Assembly: GCF_965214065.1 (NCBI RefSeq)
Contig: NZ_CBDCAT010000026.1
Coordinates: forward strand, 248,838-312,837
DNA length: 64,000 nt
Source: Candidatus Poriferisocius sp.
Lineage (GTDB): Bacteria > Actinomycetota > Acidimicrobiia > Acidimicrobiales > Bin134
Direction of reading: 5' to 3'
Shown here one piece after another: positions 27,146 to 33,421 of the stretch (position 1 is its first letter; each line of letters starts with the position of its first letter). The notes below the pieces were generated by a model. It searched no databases. It was given only the letters and a program-made list of their open reading frames with translations, and was not told the origin of the DNA. Made by a program: the position numbers and the translations under genes.

Positions 27146-28770
27146 CGGTTTCCCACCCGGGATGTCGCCACCGGCGTAGAAGGCACCGCCGGCCTCCTGT
27201 CGGTTCCCGGTGCTGGGCCGTCGGCCGGTCGCAGGTCTATCCCCACAGACTGGTACAGACGCTCGACTTGGCCATGGGGCCGGCCCACCGGGGCCGACCA
27301 CCGCTGGCCGGGACGAAGGGCCCAAAGGCACCGGGTGTCGATGACATCTTGGCGATCGTCGTAGCTGACGATCTGGGTGACATCGGAAATCACCCGCTCT
27401 CCGAGCTCGTTGCGGCCCATCCACACCAGCAGGTGGACGGCGATGGCGATCTGCTGGCGGGCGAACCGAGCGTCGGCCCCCTCGCCGCATGCGTACGACA
27501 CCAATTTGGCCAGCACCCCCGGCCCCGGCTGGCTGTGCAGGGTGACCAGGCAGCCATTGAGCCCACTGCTCATGGCGTCGAGCAGGGCGAGGGTACCCTC
27601 GCCTCTGGTCTCGCCGATCACCAGCTTGGACGAATTGGCGCGCTTGGCGTCGCGGATGTGGTCGCTCATGGTGAGCTTTCCCACACCGTCGTTGTTGGCA
27701 TCCCGGGTCAGGCGCTCAAAGCTGTTGGGGTGGATGCCGTATTGGGCCAAGCGGAGCTCGGGAGTGTCCTCTATGGTGTCGATCCTCTCGGAGCCGTCGA
27801 CGGTGGCCAGCAGGGCCTGGCACAGTGTGGTTTTGCCGCCGCCCATGGCAGCGGCGATCACGATGTTGGCCCGAATTGGCCCGGATACCGCCCCCGCCAA
27901 AATCTTCTGAAGCGGTGGTGCGGCAACTTTCAGGTCGTCCAACGTGGCTTGGCCGGCCATATTCGACCGAAGGACCATGGTGGGGGGATGGCACATGAAC
28001 GCTTCGGCGTGCAGCCGCCACCGGTCGCCAAGGCGGATATCCAGCCGGCTGTCGAGCATGTCGAAGCGCTGGGGCTGCCCTCCGGAGAAGCTGGCCAGGT
28101 GCCGGGCCGTCTCGATCAACTCGTCATTGGACGCGAATGGGGAGTTCCGGCGCTCGCGCTGTCCCTCGGCACGGTGGACGATCATGCACTCGCCGCCCCG
28201 GATTTGGAACTCCTCGACTCCCGTTTCGTCCAGCAGGTCGGCCAGCCGGGTTTGGGCAGCTTGCGAAGCCGACCATAGGTGGGTCTCGCGGTCGAGCGGG
28301 TCGAGCCGGCGGGGGGCGACGGCGGTCCATGCCATCCGACGCCCAAGCCGGTTCAGTCGGCGGCGATGGCTCCGACCCGGGTCGGTGGGCACCCAGAGCG
28401 TGAAGACCCGCTGGCGGCGAAACCGATCGGCGTCGGGCTGATCGTTGGACACCACCACCGAGACAATGGGCGTGGAGCGGCGGGCCCCGGTGTCCAGCCG
28501 TAGCTGGGAGCGGATGTCGGTGCTGTCGGCGGCGGTGATCCACAACACCGCAGCGGCTGAGGCCACCGCCGATTCCCGGCGGAGTTCCGGCTCATCGCCT
28601 CCCATGAAGAACACCGTGGGGTGACCGGCAGCCGATGCCTGGTCAACCTCGGTAGGGGAGGTGGCCAGAATCACACTGGGGGCGCTGCTGGCAATGCCCT
28701 CTAGAACCCCGTCCATTACCTGCTCCACGGCCTCGCTGTCGAGCCGTCTGTCTCTAATTGCCAACAGCAT
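27142..28770 (-). CDS. TadA/CpaF-family secretion ATPase with ~200-aa N-terminal extension
   Basis: 542 aa. Walker A AAAMGGGKTTL, Walker B/Asp box KLVIGETRGEG, His box GCLVTLHS. The N-terminal third has no ATPase motifs. Confidence 0.8.
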   Translation of the reverse strand: MLLAIRDRRLDSEAVEQVMDGVLEGIASSAPSVILATSPTEVDQASAAGHPTVFFMGGDEPELRRESAVASAAAVLWITAADSTDIRSQLRLDTGARRSTPIVSVVVSNDQPDADRFRRQRVFTLWVPTDPGRSHRRRLNRLGRRMAWTAVAPRRLDPLDRETHLWSASQAAQTRLADLLDETGVEEFQIRGGECMIVHRAEGQRERRNSPFASNDELIETARHLASFSGGQPQRFDMLDSRLDIRLGDRWRLHAEAFMCHPPTMVLRSNMAGQATLDDLKVAAPPLQKILAGAVSGPIRANIVIAAAMGGGKTTLCQALLATVDGSERIDTIEDTPELRLAQYGIHPNSFERLTRDANNDGVGKLTMSDHIRDAKRANSSKLVIGETRGEGTLALLDAMSSGLNGCLVTLHSQPGPGVLAKLVSYACGEGADARFARQQIAIAVHLLVWMGRNELGERVISDVTQIVSYDDRQDVIDTRCLWALRPGQRWSAPVGRPHGQVERLYQSVGIDLRPADGPAPGTDRRPAVPSTPVATSRVGNR

Positions 28771-29420
28771 CAGCCCGCGGCCTCATTGTCGTCACCGGGA
28801 CCGAAAGGGCCATCGCTTGGGCACGGGGGCCAGCCCCCGGGAGGCGACTCCCATATCCACCACTGACCGTCGGACAGCACGGCAGCCAGTTCAGGGTCGG
28901 CCTCTATGGTCACGCTGGTGGCGGCGCCTTCGTCGTCCACCGCCAACAAAGTTGCCAGCGCAGCTGCGCACCCACCAGAGGAGGGGGAGAAGACGGCCCG
29001 GTCTCCGGCAGCCGGTCCGGAACCAGCCCACATATCCGCGCTCACCATGAACCGCATCAGCGCGGTCAAGCGGCTGTCGCCACCGTTTTGTAGAGGGCGC
29101 AGCATCTTGGGGGAAACCAGCGTGCCCTCGGGCACGTCGACGGCGGCCACGGTGTCCGCCAGCTGGGAGGGATGGACGAACAGCGCCGCCCCATCGGCCG
29201 GCATGTTGACGGTGGCATGATCGCCCGGTGGGTGGCCCTCGGCCCACCGCTGGGCCGCCACCACTACCGAAACCTCCGCGACATCCTGGCCGTCTCGGGA
29301 CAGGGCCGCGATCGCCGCGACGGTGGCCACCAGGACGACCGCCGTTGCCAATAGGCGCCAGCGGAAGGCAACTGGCCAAGACGTGGGCGACCACTGCTCG
29401 CTATTGGGACGGTTCACCAT
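28770..29420 (-). CDS. CpaB/RcpC-like (SAF-type) membrane-anchored pilus assembly protein
   Basis: 216 aa. N-terminal TM (LLATAVVLVATVAAIAAL) followed by a beta-rich segment with VPEGTLVSPKML, typical of CpaB-like proteins. Sits directly upstream of the ATPase. Confidence 0.4.
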   Translation of the reverse strand: MVNRPNSEQWSPTSWPVAFRWRLLATAVVLVATVAAIAALSRDGQDVAEVSVVVAAQRWAEGHPPGDHATVNMPADGAALFVHPSQLADTVAAVDVPEGTLVSPKMLRPLQNGGDSRLTALMRFMVSADMWAGSGPAAGDRAVFSPSSGGCAAALATLLAVDDEGAATSVTIEADPELAAVLSDGQWWIWESPPGGWPPCPSDGPFGPGDDNEAAG

Positions 29421-30892
29421 ATTGTGATCCGTTGGCCCAGATACTCGGTCGGCTCGCGGAACCAGGACAGATCATCGGCCAAGACCAGGGTGTGGTGATG
29501 GCCCTGCTCAGAGGTGTACTGAACTTGCAGGCTCCACACCCAGAAGCCCCGACGGGGGATCGACCACCGACAGTGCCCGTGGGCCGCTTCCCAGGCGGGG
29601 GACAACGACAACACCTTGTCTTCCGGCACGGTCCAAGGGGGCAAGTCACCGGGCGGGCACCAGACGATGGAAGGATCGTTGCGGGCAAAGGCGGCTTGGA
29701 ACCATTGCTTGCGCTGGGAACTCAGCAGATCCCACAGCGCGGCTGCCTCAATGGCCGTGTCCTTCGCAGCCACGTCGCCCGGAGCCTTCAGCTTGGCCAG
29801 ATCAGCAGGCTCGTAGGGAAGCAGCTCTCGTAGCGACACCCCGACGCGAGTGGCCGTCCAAAGGCATCCGTCCACCGGGGCGTCGAGCACATCGAGCGTT
29901 GACCCCGGTTGCAGGGCTGTCCAATGGCGCACCGCGTGGCCCGCCCTTGAGGCCGCGGTCAGAAACAGCCGCCCGCCCGGTACCTCGGGATGGTGATGTC
30001 CCGTGAAACCACTGGCGTAGGGAACAATCGACTCCCACCGCACCCGCCGCAGCAGCGACATCCGGGTCTGGTCGGTCCACCCCCACGTGCAGGTCTTCCG
30101 TGGAGGCGGAGGAGGCGGAGGAGGGGGCGGAGGAGGAGGGGGCGGCGGAGGAGGGGGAGTCGCAGTAGCCGTCGGAACCGCAGTAACCGTCGGAGTGGCC
30201 GTAGGCCGAGGCGTCGTAGTCGTAGTGGCTGTGGGCCCAGGCGTGGGCGTCGCCGTAGGCCGAGGCGTCGCAGTCGGGGTAGGGGTCACCGTAGGCCGAG
30301 GCGTCGCAGTCGGGGTAGGGGTCACCGTAGGCCGAGGCGTCGCAGTCGGGGTAGGGGTCACCGTAGGCCGAGGCGTCGCAGTCGGGGTAGGGGTCACCGT
30401 AGGCCGAGGCGTCGCAGTCGTAGTGGCTGTGGGCCCAGGCGTGGGCGTCGCCGTAGGCCGAGGCGTCGCAGTAGCCGTCGGCGGGGGAGGCACGGGCTTC
30501 CAATGCCCGGTGTAGGACCAGTAGTACGTCTGCGGAGTCCACCAGTGGCTCCCGAACTGGTACCACGCCCCCGGGGTGTCGGCTGCGGGCGGGCTATGAC
30601 CGCACCCCTCGCTCGTGCTGTGAACAACACAGGAAGTGGAACGGGAGTTCCCGGTCGGCTGTGAGCCGAAGGGTGTGCCGGCGTACTCGACAAACTGGTT
30701 TATGTGGGCGTATTCATGGGCCAGCGAGGTGCGACTGGTCCAGCACCACTGGCCCGGCGACGCGGCATCGCAAGAGGGCCAGCCGAGATCAAGCTTTAGA
30801 TCGGCGGCTCCCGGCGCAGGGCTTATCAGCAGCGCAAGCAGCGCGGTGATCACAATGGCGGCGGCCACCCGCAGGCGGTCAGCACGTCCCAC
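29414..30892 (-). CDS. secreted modular protein: small Cys-containing HExxH domain, Pro/Thr repeat linker, poly-Pro rod, unknown C-terminal domain
   Basis: 492 aa with a GTG start. Signal peptide (RLRVAAAIVITALLALLISPAPGAA), AHEYAHINQF, (TPTPTATPRPTV)x4 flanked by related PT units, 19 consecutive Pro, then a ~240-aa Trp/His-rich domain. Confidence 0.6.
   Translation of the reverse strand: MGRADRLRVAAAIVITALLALLISPAPGAADLKLDLGWPSCDAASPGQWCWTSRTSLAHEYAHINQFVEYAGTPFGSQPTGNSRSTSCVVHSTSEGCGHSPPAADTPGAWYQFGSHWWTPQTYYWSYTGHWKPVPPPPTATATPRPTATPTPGPTATTTATPRPTVTPTPTATPRPTVTPTPTATPRPTVTPTPTATPRPTVTPTPTATPRPTATPTPGPTATTTTTPRPTATPTVTAVPTATATPPPPPPPPPPPPPPPPPPPRKTCTWGWTDQTRMSLLRRVRWESIVPYASGFTGHHHPEVPGGRLFLTAASRAGHAVRHWTALQPGSTLDVLDAPVDGCLWTATRVGVSLRELLPYEPADLAKLKAPGDVAAKDTAIEAAALWDLLSSQRKQWFQAAFARNDPSIVWCPPGDLPPWTVPEDKVLSLSPAWEAAHGHCRWSIPRRGFWVWSLQVQYTSEQGHHHTLVLADDLSWFREPTEYLGQRITIW
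30101..30157 (-). repeat. 19 consecutive proline codons (CCN)
   Basis: Counted codon by codon in the frame of 29414..30892. The plus strand reads (GGN)19. Confidence 0.9.
30267..30410 (-). repeat. four perfect 36-bp tandem repeats, flanked by a ~60-bp direct repeat pair
   Basis: GTCGCAGTCGGGGTAGGGGTCACCGTAGGCCGAGGC x4 (30267-30410). Flanking near-identical blocks lie at ~30205-30270 and ~30402-30470. In frame, with no spacers. Confidence 0.95.
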
Positions 30893-31964
30893 TAGTGTTC
30901 ACCCCCACGTGCTGGTGCAGTCCGGGCACCGCCCCCGGAGCCTCGGCATCAAGCACGGCGTTCAACACCCAGTGCTCGGCACACAATTCGGTTGTTCCCG
31001 GAACTGCGAGGTGCGCAACCAAATCGGCTTCGAATGACTCACAGGTATCGGCGGCGATCCTCTCCAGCCGGGGTTGCCCCTTTAGCACCAGGCCCCGGAA
31101 CACGACGTCGCGACATTTTTCCGCGAATGGCCGTCCGTCAAGCGGGGTCGGATTTCCGATAGTCGGGCACTGCGTCCAAGAGTTCCCCTGTCCGCCGACC
31201 ACGCTGTAGTCGTCGGAATACGCCTGCTGCACGCACTCGCGTTCGGCGCCGTAACGCTGTATGGCCTGCTCCATCAGGCCAGCGCTGGTGGTGCAGCCCA
31301 ACACGGCTTGCGACGCGCGCACATCCTGGGGCCATGGAGAGGGAGTCGACGGGTCTGCATGATGATTCACGCACCGGGTCATCCAGTCCCAGGCCTCCGC
31401 GGGCGGTGAGACCACGCGAAATCCGCCCAATTCCTCCCGGGTAGCAGGCCGAAGCACCTGGTACTCACCGGTAGAGTCCTCTGTCCAGGCGCTCTCCAGC
31501 GACGGCGGCGGCAACTGGTATTCACCATCGCTAATCCCGCCCTCGTCGTCAGCACCGGGAGGAGTGTCCCGCCACGTAGCTTCCGAACTCGACTCATCGG
31601 CAGCAGGGTCGGGATGGGAATGGCCGGGTGGGTGGTTGATTACCGGTTCCAAAGAGCTAGCGCTCCTGGCGCGGGGGCTGAGTGTCCAATTCGTGGGCAA
31701 CCCCGGAGTCGGGGTGGCCGTGGATCCCGGCAAAGGCGTCGCCAGACCGGAGGTGGAGGCGAGTCCGGTGGCGGGCGGCATCGCCCGAGATGGGGCGGCC
31801 TTCGATTCAAGGGCCTCTTTCTGGTCTGGGTCGGTCAGCAGCACCGCAGCAGCAGGCGCCGACAAAGCAGTTGGCGATGAGGCCGCGGGCAGATCGGCGC
31901 TGTTGCTCGCGCAGGCCGTCAACAGCAACGTTGCGGCCAACCACATTCGGTGGACGGCACCCAT
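30879..31964 (-). CDS. Cys-rich putative lipoprotein, first gene of the Tad-like operon
   Basis: Internal ATG (MGAVHRMWLAATLLLTAC..) of track ORF 30879..32024. Lipobox LLLTAC, a Pro/Ser/Thr-rich linker, and a C-terminal domain with many Cys. Its 3' end overlaps the next gene by 14 nt. Confidence 0.55.
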   Translation of the reverse strand: MGAVHRMWLAATLLLTACASNSADLPAASSPTALSAPAAAVLLTDPDQKEALESKAAPSRAMPPATGLASTSGLATPLPGSTATPTPGLPTNWTLSPRARSASSLEPVINHPPGHSHPDPAADESSSEATWRDTPPGADDEGGISDGEYQLPPPSLESAWTEDSTGEYQVLRPATREELGGFRVVSPPAEAWDWMTRCVNHHADPSTPSPWPQDVRASQAVLGCTTSAGLMEQAIQRYGAERECVQQAYSDDYSVVGGQGNSWTQCPTIGNPTPLDGRPFAEKCRDVVFRGLVLKGQPRLERIAADTCESFEADLVAHLAVPGTTELCAEHWVLNAVLDAEAPGAVPGLHQHVGVNTSGTC

Positions 31965-32013
31965 GAAGCCCTTCCGTTCATTGCTTCTCGACAAGGGCCG
32001 GTGGGGCCGATAG

Positions 32014-32189
32014 CTCTGACTCAAGCCAGTCAGAGCACTATATTCACTGGATTTTCAGATATCAACAGATATTTTCATTGTCTTTAAATAAATCAATTCC
32101 TTTCCTAAACGTTGAGAATACATGTTATGTCAAGTTGATATGTCCTTTTGACATGGCTTCTGTATTCCTTAGGCCCGCAAAAGTAGGAT
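32014..32189. promoter_or_regulatory. AT-rich divergent control region with nested inverted and direct repeats
   Basis: 32041-32160 has 36 G+C in 120 nt (30%). Hairpin CTCTGACT-N6-AGTCAGAG (32014-32035). CAGATAT x2 with a 10-bp phase (32056, 32066). ATATCAAC (32059-32066) / GTTGATAT (32134-32141). ATGTCAA-N14-TTGACAT (32127-32154). Confidence 0.5.
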
Positions 32190-33383
32190 ATGCACCGACC
32201 TCCGATGACGACTCCCACTGACTACGACAATCCTGGCTACGCGCGAGCCTGTGCCCTCGAACCTGAAATGGCCGAGAACTACCTCGCGCACACCATGATT
32301 GGCGACCCCTTGGCCGATGCTGCCGTCGAAGTTCTCTCCGCAATGAAGCGTTCGGAGTCCGCCCAACTCATATCGGCCTACATGACCGTCCCGGACGGGA
32401 ATGACCCTCCTGATGCGCCCGAGGAGGTCCACGCGCTCTTCGAGGACGCCTTTACTCCACCAGACTGGCTCGATCCTTCGGCATTGACCGCCGGCATTCA
32501 TATGTTCCATCGGAACCGGAAGATGGTGGTGGCCGGGATGCTGGCCGGAGTTCTCGTGGAAGGATTCTCCACCAACATCAGCGAGTCGTTCTTCGTCACC
32601 GGCCGTCTGCGCGACCAGGGCGTTAGGCGGCTTCAGCAAAACAACCGCCATATGGTGGAGATCTTCCTTCCCGGCGGCATGTTGCCCCACGGTGATGGAT
32701 GGAGGCTCTCTTTTCGGATCCGCCTAGTCCATGCCCAAGTCAGGTACCTGCTCAAGAACTCCGAAGACTGGGACGAGGATGCCTTGGGCGTCCCGTTGAG
32801 CGCAGCCCATTGCGGCTACGCGATCACCGCGTTCTCTGCTCGACTGCTCAAGCACATGAGGAGCCTGGGAGCAGCCTTCAGTGTCGAAGAAGCAGCGAGT
32901 TTCATGGCGACGTGGCGCTACTCGGGGCTTCTCATGGGGATTCCTGACTCGATCCTCTTTCAGGGCGAACAAGATGCGTTGAAGCTGTACGAGGTCGGCA
33001 CCATGTGCGAGCCAGAGCCCGGCGCCGCATCTGTCGTTCTGGCCAACTCGCTGGTGAACTCTGCACCTCTCGTGGTTGGCATCAACGACTCAGCCGAGGG
33101 ACAGAAGTTGTCGCAGTACGTCTACAAAGTGTCGCGGGCGCTCATCGGAGACACACTGGCCAATCAGCTGAACTACCCCAAGCAGTCCACCTTCGGCGTG
33201 CTTCCGTGGTTCCGCGTACAGGCCAAGTACGATCGCTTCACGTCGCGGTTCCTCCCCAAGATCGCCCGCAAGAGCAACGTTTCCAACTTCACAACGCTTT
33301 TGTCGGGTTCGTGGTTCCACGACGAGGGCATCACCTACCACTTGCCCGACCACGTCTATGCCGAGAAGTCCAGCGAATGGTGA
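32190..33383 (+). CDS. oxygenase MpaB-family (DUF2236) protein
   Basis: 397 aa. Resembles MpaB/DUF2236 proteins in length and in helical His/Arg-rich blocks (FRIRLVHAQVRYLL). Weaker match than the paralogue at 52228..53124. Confidence 0.55.
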   Translation: MHRPPMTTPTDYDNPGYARACALEPEMAENYLAHTMIGDPLADAAVEVLSAMKRSESAQLISAYMTVPDGNDPPDAPEEVHALFEDAFTPPDWLDPSALTAGIHMFHRNRKMVVAGMLAGVLVEGFSTNISESFFVTGRLRDQGVRRLQQNNRHMVEIFLPGGMLPHGDGWRLSFRIRLVHAQVRYLLKNSEDWDEDALGVPLSAAHCGYAITAFSARLLKHMRSLGAAFSVEEAASFMATWRYSGLLMGIPDSILFQGEQDALKLYEVGTMCEPEPGAASVVLANSLVNSAPLVVGINDSAEGQKLSQYVYKVSRALIGDTLANQLNYPKQSTFGVLPWFRVQAKYDRFTSRFLPKIARKSNVSNFTTLLSGSWFHDEGITYHLPDHVYAEKSSEW

Positions 33384-33421
33384 GGTTTACTGACCAGCAG
33401 GCAGGTCACTAGGGCTGAGAC

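Noticed and set aside
30180-30480. Regular 36-bp repeats, considered as a possible CRISPR array
   Set aside because: The units are directly adjacent with no spacers, lie in frame within a long ORF and encode a Pro/Thr linker. No cas genes are present in the window.
30087-30515. Plus-strand ORF encoding a ~19-residue poly-Gly run and GVAV repeats
   Set aside because: It is the reverse-complement image of the poly-Pro/PT-repeat gene. It has no signal for independent expression, whereas the minus-strand frame has a signal peptide and operon coupling.
32127-32154. TTGACA hexamers on both strands as -35 boxes of divergent promoters
   Set aside because: I found no acceptable -10 hexamer at 16-18 bp spacing on either strand. 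The hexamers are more simply the two halves of a palindrome, that is, an operator.
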